DNA of 64,000 bases from Planctomycetota bacterium (lineage in GTDB: Bacteria; Planctomycetota; Planctomycetia; Pirellulales; Pirellulaceae). The notes beneath the pieces are model-generated. The model saw only the letters and a list, made by a program, of their open reading frames with translations, ran no database searches and had not been told where the DNA came from. Shown piece after piece: positions 18,889 to 27,927 of the stretch (position 1 is the first letter of the stretch; every line of letters starts with the position of its first letter). Location: assembly GCA_017303505.1 (NCBI GenBank), contig JAFLCP010000013.1, positions 2,446 through 66,445 of the forward strand. The letters run 5' to 3'. The translations under genes and the position numbers were made by a program.

Positions 18889-20877
18889 ATGCTCAATCGC
18901 GGAAGGTCATTTATTCTGACATTCGGGATGATGTTCGCGCCCATGGCGATAGCGGACGCACAGGAAACGCAGAATGCTTCTGCGAGCTTGGGTAACCATT
19001 TGCCCGTGCATGCTTTCGACCAACTTCAAGCGATGCACTCGGAAGACTCTCCGCTCCTTGTCTTGCAAGGCGAAATGGATGACTTGATTGGGCCCGATGG
19101 CGGAGGCGCTTGCCCACTGGCAGCCGGTCTAACAGCAATTCAAAGTCTTCGGCTCATGGCTGGAATGGCAGCCGAGCATCAGCCTCACCGATTAGCATTG
19201 CGGTTGTTGAACGAAAATCCAGAGTTGCTGAAGGGACGCATCAGCAACGATAGATTTGTTGAAGTGATTGAGTATCTGGGCAAATCACTGGATGAGAAGC
19301 CGCTCGCAATTCAGGTTATCTCTTCGCCAACTAGCACTCATTCCAAAGGTGGCGAGCATTGGTCGGTCTCTAAGGGACCTGAACTTTCGGTTAATCCCCG
19401 CGAGTTAAAGATATTGGCTTACACGGTAACTTTGCCAAATGGGACGGTGCGAGGTCGGCACTTCGTCCTGCTCCAAGAGAGCGACGGCAACCAGATTTCG
19501 TTTGTAAATCCCACTAAGCCAACAAAAGACTACAAGTTCGTCGTCGAGTATCGAGGGGATCGAACCAACCCGCGTCGCCAAGTATTCTTTCACAGCCCCG
19601 CTGGACTCGATACATCGAATCAAACGTACGAGCTGAACACGATCTTCACAATCCGGCTTATTGTCGAGACCTCTGACGCTGACTTAGGTCGAGTAATGTC
19701 AGTCGATCAGGCCAAAGCAAGAATCGATGAGCTTGCGGATCGACTTCGTAAGGAAAATGAACTTACGAATCCCACTGCTTGGCGAAAGCTTGGGGCATCG
19801 TTCGGGCTTCCTGGCCTCGACCTACCAGAAGATGTCGGTGGAAGCAGTTGGTCCACTGTGGACATGATTGAAGTCTTCAGACACGCAGGCAAACTCAATC
19901 TCAACCTTCGCGATGTTGTTGGTGCCGCCCATGGCCGACCTTTGGCAAAGTCAAATTCCGAGTATGCAAAACAAGTATTAACGGACATTGTCAGTGGAAA
20001 AGCGTATGTCGCGGTCGCCATTACTGAGCCAGTCGCCGGCAGCGACATGAGGGCGATGGAAAGTCGAGCCACGAAGGCTGGAGATGGGTTTGCGTTGAGC
20101 GGACAAAAGCTATGGAATGCTCGACTGCGGCAGGCAACTCATGTCGTACTGTATACTTTAGCGTCCAACGGCAAGCCAGGAGCAAGAACCGCCTTCTTGT
20201 TACCCATCGATCACCCCGGTCTTCAGATCGTCGACGAATATGCCCATGGATTGACCGGCAACTCATTTGGCGGCCTGAAATTCAACGATATGCACGTAGG
20301 ACCTGAGTATTTACTTGGACAAGACGGTGATGGAGGAGATATATTCAACGAACATTTTACATACTGGCGACTAATGCAGTCTGCTGCTGCCATAGGATGT
20401 GGGGAGGCTGCGCTTCAGCAAATGGCCGATCGCATTAAAGAGCGACATGCATACGGTGGTCCGATCGGTCGTTTCACACACCTGCAGCAGCCAATCGGCG
20501 AGTTCACAACCAAGCTACGAATGGCAATGGCACTGTCACGTCAAGCAGCCGAATTAATCGACCAAGGAAATTATGAGGCCGCGTCTCCGCTCGTGAACGG
20601 TATTAAGGCTGAGGGCGTCGAGATTGCACTCGCTGCTTCCGATGCGGCAATGCGTGCTCACGGAGCCCTTGGATACAGTCGCCAGGTCGATCTGGGTGAT
20701 CGTGTGCGAGACCTCATGGGCCTACGAATCGCAGATGGAACGACCGATGTGATGAGGATGCAAGTTGTCAGGGAGTTATACGGAGACGAGTATTGGGATA
20801 TGGCAATACGAGGCGACAAGTCCACCACACAGGAATCGGAATCTGTACGTCAGCCTGTCGAGCCAGTGAAGCAATAG
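18889..20877 (+). CDS. acyl-CoA dehydrogenase-family flavoprotein with an N-terminal signal peptide and a ~270-aa unknown (possibly papain-like) domain
   Basis: TAGGAGG RBS. N-terminus MLNRGRSFILTFGMMFAPMAIADAQ looks like a signal peptide. ACAD blocks AVAITEPVAGSDMRAMESRATKAGDGFALSGQKLWNA and HGALGYS. The usual YEGT catalytic-base block reads IADGT. Confidence 0.8.
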   Translation: MLNRGRSFILTFGMMFAPMAIADAQETQNASASLGNHLPVHAFDQLQAMHSEDSPLLVLQGEMDDLIGPDGGGACPLAAGLTAIQSLRLMAGMAAEHQPHRLALRLLNENPELLKGRISNDRFVEVIEYLGKSLDEKPLAIQVISSPTSTHSKGGEHWSVSKGPELSVNPRELKILAYTVTLPNGTVRGRHFVLLQESDGNQISFVNPTKPTKDYKFVVEYRGDRTNPRRQVFFHSPAGLDTSNQTYELNTIFTIRLIVETSDADLGRVMSVDQAKARIDELADRLRKENELTNPTAWRKLGASFGLPGLDLPEDVGGSSWSTVDMIEVFRHAGKLNLNLRDVVGAAHGRPLAKSNSEYAKQVLTDIVSGKAYVAVAITEPVAGSDMRAMESRATKAGDGFALSGQKLWNARLRQATHVVLYTLASNGKPGARTAFLLPIDHPGLQIVDEYAHGLTGNSFGGLKFNDMHVGPEYLLGQDGDGGDIFNEHFTYWRLMQSAAAIGCGEAALQQMADRIKERHAYGGPIGRFTHLQQPIGEFTTKLRMAMALSRQAAELIDQGNYEAASPLVNGIKAEGVEIALAASDAAMRAHGALGYSRQVDLGDRVRDLMGLRIADGTTDVMRMQVVRELYGDEYWDMAIRGDKSTTQESESVRQPVEPVKQ

Positions 20878-21329
20878 CTCGAAAACTCCAGTCTTATTTA
20901 TTTCACTACCTCGTATGTAGTGTGCCCTCGCAGCAATCGTTGCACATTTCGAAAGTAGACGTTGCTCTCGACTCTCGGCACCAACGTCTTGCGTCGATGA
21001 GGAGGCCGGAGAGGGCTCTCTTCTCCGGTTCGAGAGGAGTGTGATTCCCGCAACTGAATTAAGGGTTTCAAACTCAGTTTGACCCTCGTGTTATACCAAC
21101 AGGCCGACGCCTCAAAACGTCGGCCTGTTCGCGTTTCTGGCCCTTGCTTTCCCAGTGTTTCGCGAGTTTCTCGCCTCTCGAACTCTCTCCACCGCGGCCA
21201 CTCTCCGATTGCCGGCGCGACATCCGTTTGGGCTGATTTCTCTCCCTCCACCCCCAACTCTCCCGAGTCTCAAAGTCTCTTGACCCCGGGGTTATGGAAA
21301 TGCCTCTAAGTCCATAACCCTGTTTTGGA

Positions 21330-21680
21330 AAATCAGAGTTTCGAACCGAGGTGATCGTAAACACATGACAGATGCCAATAACCCGTGCGATCTTCGGTCG
21401 TTTTTCGGTCGCGATTCCCTCACCCATGGCCCCTCCTCGGATATTGCTCGATTCGGTTTACCTGAGTGGTCGTTTTCATTGGACCATCGCACTTCCATGG
21501 CGCGAAGTCTACAACGACTATAGACCTCATAGTTCACTTAACAGCCTGAGCTCTACCGAATCGCACGACGCTGTGCTGCTTCCGTTCCGGCTACGCCTCC
21601 ACTCCACCAGCACAGCGAACCATCATTCCATTCCCAACCCATAATCTCATAACACCTGGTCGAAAATTGGGGCACTCCAG
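21330..21680 (+). pseudogene. 3' remnant of an IS3-family transposase (OrfB/rve C-terminus), frameshifted
   Basis: One frame reads RGDRKHMTDANNPCDLRSFFGRDSL...PEWSFSLDHRTSMA, comparable to the typical [37 protein letters not shown]. The frame then shifts to WREVYNDYRPHSSLN (the YNxxRPHSSLG motif). There is no N-terminal catalytic part and no intact ORF. Confidence 0.55.
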
Positions 21681-21979
21681 AAGCTCTTGGACAGCGTCCC
21701 AAGAGCCGCCTGGAACATCTGCCTCCAGCTTACAGGCCCTCAGCTTTACAAGCCCTGCTAATCGAATTATCCCGCTCTGGTTTACCACTCGATCATGGCC
21801 CGCCCCCCTGTTAACGACCCTGCTTGCAACTCTTACGCGACTACCAGGCCTGCCTGCCAACGAACAAGTCCGCGTTTTTTTCGAAACCAACTGGATCAGG
21901 CAGTGCCGCCACTGCCCATGAAGACAAATTGCGTTCCAGCAAAGTGATTCAAACTACGAAGGCCTCGACGAACCGTAAT

Positions 21980-23053
21980 TTATGAAGCCACAATGATATC
22001 TAAACTTCGAAGCAATCGCACTAGTCCTTCAATAGTGATATACGGAGCACATGTGCCTTCATACGATGCAGCTACAGTTTCCCAGTTATCGCACAGTCGA
22101 CGCCGTACCTTATCAGCTACTTCTATGGAGTCACACTCCAGTGCGATTACACAATCAGATAGAGCCAACTTCCTTCGACCCAGATAAATTGCACACTTTG
22201 CTGTTTTCTGGGACCCCACTCGCGTAATCAAAACCGACGGTGAGGAGACCAAACGACTTCCCAAATCAACGTAACGATCGCAACAAGTAATCTTTTGCCC
22301 TACTATCTCAGTACTATGCACGAAAGGGAATTTCGTTCCAGCTAAGCCATTTAACGCCCGGTGCACTGGAATACAACCGCGAATCAAACGAACCGTGAGC
22401 GTTCTGCTTCCAATTTTTGGGGAAATCGTCATATTAGGAGGGGTGATGGCGGTGCTATTGTCACTCTTTTTGAAGCGAACAACGACAGTCGAGGCAGAGC
22501 ATCCCATGAATGTCGACTTAGAGAATCGCTTGATTACAGTCATGCTAGCCATGCTCATAATGAGGTCTCTGCATCTAGCGTCTTTACTACTAGAAAGACA
22601 GGACGGCGGAAGAATTGCAATGAGCTCACCACCCATCTTTAGATAGTCGAATGCAGTAAGCACAAACGCAAACGCCCGACTGCATCTTATCCTTCCCGCA
22701 CGCGACTCTGCAATACACGCAGCACTTCCTCTTCCGCTAAATGGAGGATTCAATAAGACAATATCACATGCGTTGAGCAGCGATTTAAGTATTTTTGATG
22801 CCTTGCGCGAGCGTTCGTCAAGGAAGTCGCAGCAAGAGACCGAGTGGATAGATTTCAGCTTGCGAAGAGTACGCGCGCACAAAGGATCGATGTCGTTCGC
22901 GAAGATCTGGCAAGAGGGCCAACGGTCGATAGCAGCCGCGAGCAAATCGCCATGGCCTGCCGCAAAATCTGCGACAATTTGAACCTTTCTGATCTTTGCC
23001 GCCCGCACAGCGGCGAATGCGAGGTTCTTTGGCGTGAAGAACTGATCTTTCAT
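21980..23053 (-). CDS. N6-adenine DNA methyltransferase (gamma-class, Eco57I/N6_Mtase-like)
   Basis: Motif I VADFAAGHGDLL and motif IV VLLNPPFSG. ATGA overlap with the upstream gene. Last gene of the six-gene operon. Confidence 0.8.
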   Translation of the reverse strand: MKDQFFTPKNLAFAAVRAAKIRKVQIVADFAAGHGDLLAAAIDRWPSCQIFANDIDPLCARTLRKLKSIHSVSCCDFLDERSRKASKILKSLLNACDIVLLNPPFSGRGSAACIAESRAGRIRCSRAFAFVLTAFDYLKMGGELIAILPPSCLSSSKDARCRDLIMSMASMTVIKRFSKSTFMGCSASTVVVRFKKSDNSTAITPPNMTISPKIGSRTLTVRLIRGCIPVHRALNGLAGTKFPFVHSTEIVGQKITCCDRYVDLGSRLVSSPSVLITRVGSQKTAKCAIYLGRRKLALSDCVIALECDSIEVADKVRRRLCDNWETVAASYEGTCAPYITIEGLVRLLRSLDIIVAS

Positions 23054-23982
23054 TGATTCAGTAGCCCAGTCACTTCATAAATATGCAACCGACCAAGGCC
23101 CTCTGTGCGTTTAGCTTTTCTGACGGGATGGTCGTAGACAATTTCAACTCGATCGGGGTTTCTCAGGGCGCACACAATGGCCGCAAGCGCTTGCGGCTTT
23201 GTTCCTATGTGGGCAACAGTAACCGTACTGGATGCGTGTCTACATAAAAGCCATTCCAAAATGCTTAACGTTGCGAAAGGACAATTGGCAGGAGCCAAAA
23301 GCACCTTCTTCCACGCCTGACTCTCTCTCAAAGCGGTTCGATTTGCCCAGTAGGTTTCAAACGGATACTCAAGCCTGAACCCAGGGACGCCGATTACCGG
23401 GAAAACGAATTGCCCCGGTGGTTCCAGCTGATTTAACAGGTAGAGCAGTCTCGCGCCTTCAAATCCAAGAAGTGGAGCGAAAACACTAACGCCACTGGAT
23501 CGTCGAAAACGAGCGAACCCTGGAAGTGGCTTGATACCTTCAATCTTGTCGCTCAGGTCGTAAATCTCATTCTGAGTGGGACGTGGGCTCATCCGGTAGT
23601 CTAAAGGTTCAACATAAACTACCCGCAGTCTTCTCTCGGGCCTTCCAGTGTAGCCCCGAAGAAGTGAAGCCCATGTCCCGTGCTTAAGGCCAGTAATGTC
23701 TAAATACACTATTCCACTAGGAACCGAATTCCAGAACTCTTTCAGCTTCGCATTACTTCGCAACGGAATTTCACAAGAAATCGCGCCGCCGACTTCAATC
23801 CGTTCGGACTCCTCTCGCAATACATCAATGATGCTAACGTCGCCTCGCGAACTTTGCCAAGACTTACTATGATGACTTCGATCTTCAACAGAGCGCCCAG
23901 ACAAATAAACACTTCCAGCCTCCGCCTGGAAGTCAAATGCATTCTCGAACGCACACGAAAGTGGGAAAGGCTCAATCTTCAT
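23050..23982 (-). CDS. hypothetical protein (operon B component, unknown fold)
   Basis: 310-aa ORF, overlapping the ATPase gene by 11 nt and the MTase gene by 4 nt. No motif recognised. Confidence 0.6.
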   Translation of the reverse strand: MKIEPFPLSCAFENAFDFQAEAGSVYLSGRSVEDRSHHSKSWQSSRGDVSIIDVLREESERIEVGGAISCEIPLRSNAKLKEFWNSVPSGIVYLDITGLKHGTWASLLRGYTGRPERRLRVVYVEPLDYRMSPRPTQNEIYDLSDKIEGIKPLPGFARFRRSSGVSVFAPLLGFEGARLLYLLNQLEPPGQFVFPVIGVPGFRLEYPFETYWANRTALRESQAWKKVLLAPANCPFATLSILEWLLCRHASSTVTVAHIGTKPQALAAIVCALRNPDRVEIVYDHPVRKAKRTEGLGRLHIYEVTGLLNQ

Positions 23983-25849
23983 AACCGTAGAACCTCGAAA
24001 ACAGCGTCAGTTGTTGCGGCAGCTGTGTAATGGTTTCTCGTTTGTGTTGCTTCAGATGGTACCTAATTGATTCCTTGGGGTTCTCAATCAGAGTCGCAAG
24101 CTCCTCGGCGGAAATATCCATCTTGCGTTTCCGACGAGGACTAAATTCAAACATCGCGGCAAAAATTGGATGTATAGCGTAGTCAAAATCTAGTGTCTCT
24201 GACGGACCTCCTAACTTCGTCCCAGGAAACCGGACTACAGCTAAGTGCATCACCGCGTGTCGAAGCAATTCGTCCACCTGAGGAGTAACAGTCGTAAGTC
24301 GAAATTGATTGACCTCGGGAGCGTGTCCAAAAGGGTCAATTGCCATTTGCTGGAAAATTCTGCCAACAGCAAGCAACATTTTCGTCAACTTAGCTCCATT
24401 AACAGAAAGCCCCTCAAGTTCCGAAAGGTTGACCGCGCCAACGCGCTGGGCAGTGATAGTCTGCGTTTCAGGCGGCACAGGGCTAGAAAGATCGCCACCA
24501 TCGCGTAAGTGCGCAATGAAGCTTTGGTCAACAAGCTCAAGCATGTAGCGAATATTGCCGCATGCAAGTAGGGCATAAGTATCGAGTCCACAGTAGAATT
24601 TATCGATCCCCCGTTTTCTTTTTCGAATCGAAAACAATGTCGCATACTTGTGATTATCGAAACGCTCTTTGAACTTTTTCGGCTGTTCTCGCACAAATCG
24701 TAATTCATCGGATAGCGTAGAATCGTGGCTCTTCGCCCAAGCGTGAACAAAGTACTTCTGTAACGGCGTCAACCCAAGAAACGCATCGATATCTTCCCTC
24801 GCAAGCTCCTGGAGATTCTCGCTTTCAATCCGCTTTGTATGTTCGAGTACTCCAAGTGCAATTGCTTCATCTTCGTTTGAAATACCGGGTAGTGCCTTCT
24901 CAAGCTCCGTTGATATCGTTTCTCCGTTAATTCGCACTTGTGCAAGTCGCGTTTCACAGACATCTTTTGCAAATTTGACAAACACGTCGCCAGTCATTCG
25001 ATCACTGATTCGTATCAAAGCATAATCGGCGGGAGCAATCAGTTGCTCCGATGCCTGCAGTGTCGTTTTACAGGTCCAGCCAAGCTCTTTGACGCCAATC
25101 TTGAAGAAGTACTGTCCATTGGAGTGCTTAATGTATGTGTTCGCGACCTTCTGCTGATACGGCAATAGATTCTCGTATTCATCAAGCAAAAAGAAAAAGT
25201 GTCTGCCCTTAAAGCAGCCACTGGAGAGAGTCGCCTCACACAACAGCTCGACTGGGCGTTGCTGAAGGGACAATCGGAGGCTTTGTTCGTCAACTATGTT
25301 GTTTACTTGCGACTCAAAATCGAGTCGTGATTCGATCAATGCCTGATGCAAAAGATCAAAGCGATCAATCTCACCAAGATGTAGTGATTTGCTAACCCGC
25401 CTCACAAGATGAGGAGAGGCATCCGATACCGGAGCAACGGACAATTCATACCATGATACGTACTCAAGTATCAGTTCGCATAGAAGCAAATTGAAGTAGT
25501 GCGCAAAAGGACGAATCCATTCTTCGTCTTTAACGCCGGCACCCGAGAATGCCGCAACGTGGTTTGTGTTAACGCGATGATAAAGCCCGATAAAGTCAGA
25601 CGTTCTAGAAATGGGTTCCCCCATTTTTTTTGCGAGCGCTGATTGACCTGCGTAAGACAGCCCCCTTAAAGCTGTAGTTTTTCCCGTACCTCGGCCTCCA
25701 ACCAAGACACAGGACTGCTTAGTGGTAAGTTCTGGGAAGTAACGAGGCTCCGTGAAGAGATCGAACACTTTTTCCTGAAGCCACTCTGCTCGGTAACTTC
25801 CAAACAATTCGCTTAACTGTTTCTGAACTTCGTCAAAGGAATCTTTCAT
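23972..25849 (-). CDS. P-loop ATPase (ORC/Cdc6-like AAA-type)
   Basis: Walker A VLVGGRGTGKTTALRGL and Walker B HFFFLLDEYENL. 625 aa. ATGA overlap with the upstream PRTase-like gene. Confidence 0.75.
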   Translation of the reverse strand: MKDSFDEVQKQLSELFGSYRAEWLQEKVFDLFTEPRYFPELTTKQSCVLVGGRGTGKTTALRGLSYAGQSALAKKMGEPISRTSDFIGLYHRVNTNHVAAFSGAGVKDEEWIRPFAHYFNLLLCELILEYVSWYELSVAPVSDASPHLVRRVSKSLHLGEIDRFDLLHQALIESRLDFESQVNNIVDEQSLRLSLQQRPVELLCEATLSSGCFKGRHFFFLLDEYENLLPYQQKVANTYIKHSNGQYFFKIGVKELGWTCKTTLQASEQLIAPADYALIRISDRMTGDVFVKFAKDVCETRLAQVRINGETISTELEKALPGISNEDEAIALGVLEHTKRIESENLQELAREDIDAFLGLTPLQKYFVHAWAKSHDSTLSDELRFVREQPKKFKERFDNHKYATLFSIRKRKRGIDKFYCGLDTYALLACGNIRYMLELVDQSFIAHLRDGGDLSSPVPPETQTITAQRVGAVNLSELEGLSVNGAKLTKMLLAVGRIFQQMAIDPFGHAPEVNQFRLTTVTPQVDELLRHAVMHLAVVRFPGTKLGGPSETLDFDYAIHPIFAAMFEFSPRRKRKMDISAEELATLIENPKESIRYHLKQHKRETITQLPQQLTLFSRFYGYED

Positions 25850-26739
25850 GATCGTTTCTTCAGTGGAACCCAGTTTCTCGACTCATGCCAGAATAACGGA
25901 ATCGTAGCGTCCGGGATGCAATGCTCAAACGCAATTGTCAGGCCCAAGTCATTGAACCCTCGCCAGTCTCTTCCAATCCCAGCTCGCTTGCTCGCTTTGC
26001 GAATATCGGACTCAATTTTTTGAACGTACTCGGCAGGCCAAAACCTACATGCTTCGGAAAAGACTGAGTAGGACTCATCTATGTCGTGAGCTGCAAGCAC
26101 ATTCACCCTCGGTGCTCTACGTTTTATTGCTGCATTTCCCTTCCAAGTGCAAATCACCGGACAATAGAACGTAGCGACATCTACCTGTGCGTTCTCAGTC
26201 ACTGTAGAAAACGACTCGTGACGTGCGGGATTTCCAAAGCCGTGGGTGCGATCCCAGGTTTCGCAAAATTGTTTCCCTGATCCAACGAAGTCGTCAACAA
26301 ATATGACCGCGCGAGAGTCCCCAAAAGAAAGCCTTTCAATTGCCTCCTCATTAGTTACGATTTGAGTGGGTTCAACACCGACAATCTGCCGTGACATTCG
26401 CGAGAAGTGATATCCGCTATCCGAAGGGTTAGGGTCTTCGCCCGTTACATGTGTTACCAAGACATTTTTTGTAAATTCATCCCATTGGGCCTGAGCTGAC
26501 GGCATGGAAAAATCGCATACCTGTGATACAAGCTTGCTTATGGCGTATCGAAACAACTGCTGCGTCAATTCATTGGAGTAGTAGATGAAGTGCGAAAGTA
26601 GTAGTACGGCCGTTTCCATCTCGTCTTCTTCGAAATTCTGCAGCCACCCTTGAAAGTCCAGGGTGCGATGAGTCGGCCAAAGCTGAGCTTCAACGAAGAA
26701 GTCGCACTTTGCAAGAAGCATTTCTTTGTCAATCGACAT
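25846..26739 (-). CDS. phosphoribosyltransferase (PRTase)-like protein
   Basis: PRPP-loop-like motif RAVIFVDDFVGSGKQF (four hydrophobic residues + DD + hydrophobic-x-SG). The N-terminal ~140 aa are helical and of unknown function. Confidence 0.6.
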   Translation of the reverse strand: MSIDKEMLLAKCDFFVEAQLWPTHRTLDFQGWLQNFEEDEMETAVLLLSHFIYYSNELTQQLFRYAISKLVSQVCDFSMPSAQAQWDEFTKNVLVTHVTGEDPNPSDSGYHFSRMSRQIVGVEPTQIVTNEEAIERLSFGDSRAVIFVDDFVGSGKQFCETWDRTHGFGNPARHESFSTVTENAQVDVATFYCPVICTWKGNAAIKRRAPRVNVLAAHDIDESYSVFSEACRFWPAEYVQKIESDIRKASKRAGIGRDWRGFNDLGLTIAFEHCIPDATIPLFWHESRNWVPLKKRS

Positions 26740-26765
26740 TACTACACCTATTCCACCGAAATTCT

Positions 26766-27293
26766 TCAGCTTAGTTTGGGCTTGTAAACGGTTGGCTTTT
26801 CTGCATTCATGTATCTTCCAGCATATGGAGGAACATTTTTTGTACTCGTTCTCAAGATGAAAAGCTGTGCCACCGGGGCTAGTCGCGGTATTCGCACTTT
26901 CAGGTGCCCTAGATTAAGTAGCTCAAAAGTGACTCGGCCACAGAATCCCGAGTCGATTTGACCATCATTGCATGTAGCCGAAACGAACAGTCGAGCTAGG
27001 GAGCCTTTTGTTTGAACCAGGCCAAAGTAGCCAATGGGCATTTGGATAACTTCCTCAGAGCAGCCTAGTAGACCAACATTGCGCTTCAACTCGATCCCCT
27101 CCTCAGGAATGTCGAATTCGTTTATCCAGCTTTGCTTCAATGGTTTGCCGTAGTCTACGACAGCTTCTGTATTGATCGATGTGACCCTGATGTTGAGCCT
27201 AAGGGTTAAGGAGGTGATGTCGTAAGAATCGAGATTGCTTACGACCGCATGCTGTATGCACAAATCTCGCAGGTTGTCACCAACTATCAACAT
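26766..27293 (-). CDS. dCTP deaminase (Dcd)-like protein, catalytic residues apparently retained
   Basis: KGSLARLF aligns with E. coli Dcd RSSLARLG, and GQIDSGFCGRVTFELLNLG aligns with RIDPGWSGCIVLEFYN (Glu retained). The ATG at 27293 with a GAGGA RBS is preferred over the track's TTG start at 27332. Confidence 0.75.
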   Translation of the reverse strand: MLIVGDNLRDLCIQHAVVSNLDSYDITSLTLRLNIRVTSINTEAVVDYGKPLKQSWINEFDIPEEGIELKRNVGLLGCSEEVIQMPIGYFGLVQTKGSLARLFVSATCNDGQIDSGFCGRVTFELLNLGHLKVRIPRLAPVAQLFILRTSTKNVPPYAGRYMNAEKPTVYKPKLS

Positions 27294-27312
27294 TGAAAAT
27301 GTCCTCGCATAA

Positions 27313-27927
27313 TTATCTCCCCCATAGCCCAAGCAACCGGGTGACTACCGTAAGCCCGGCAAGAAATGTACCTATTATCCATTGCCAATACGCACTCCAA
27401 AATGCACGAATTGCCTGCCCGATTGTTGGGCGCGGTGGCTTCACCGGCTCGCGAGCTGACGTTCGTGACACGTCGTGCATGTGCGAGTCCATCTGAAAAA
27501 AGCTGCAGGAGCAGATCAGCATCCCCGGCTTTATCTGAATCGGACGATTGCTTCCGTTTAAAATTCCTACACGAAGATTATCTTGAAAGCCGGGGTCGAT
27601 CTTCCCGTGAGAAACAAAGACACCGTGGTAGATTAGGCTGCCTTTTCCTGAAACGATCCCAAAGATATTGTGCGGGACGCACACACGTTCGCTGGTATAC
27701 ACAACAATCGATCGCCGCGGCCGAAGTGTTATGCCTTCGGCAGGAATTCCTCGCTGGATGCTAGTCTCGGATTCGAAGATCCTGTCCCCTACAGACAAAT
27801 CAACTGAAACCGGATCGCAGGTCTCCGGCAAAGGGGAAATGAATATGCGGCTATCGTCAGAGCGAAGCGACTTACGAAAGTCTTCTTCGCTTGATGTTAG
27901 TCGCCTCTTTAAGAGGATCGCGCTCAT
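27313..27927 (-). CDS. dCTP deaminase/dUTPase-fold protein with C-terminal TM anchor, deaminase Glu/Arg not conserved
   Basis: VDLSVGDRIF, GIVSGKGSLIYHG and GKIDPGFQDNLRVGILNGS show the Dcd/dUTPase beta-barrel signature but lack the LE(F/L)xN Glu. The C-terminal segment AFWSAYWQWIIGTFLAGLTVVTRLLGLWG is hydrophobic. Confidence 0.7.
   Translation of the reverse strand: MSAILLKRRLTSSEEDFRKSLRSDDSRIFISPLPETCDPVSVDLSVGDRIFESETSIQRGIPAEGITLRPRRSIVVYTSERVCVPHNIFGIVSGKGSLIYHGVFVSHGKIDPGFQDNLRVGILNGSNRPIQIKPGMLICSCSFFQMDSHMHDVSRTSAREPVKPPRPTIGQAIRAFWSAYWQWIIGTFLAGLTVVTRLLGLWGR

Noticed and set aside
20898-21330. ORFs of 76-119 aa in the gap after the ACAD gene, and a 7-bp-stem hairpin at 21006-21028.
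   Set aside because: The products are Arg/Glu/Ser-rich without motifs and overlap one another on both strands. The hairpin is short and lacks a U-tract. The region is better treated as decayed non-coding DNA next to the IS remnant.
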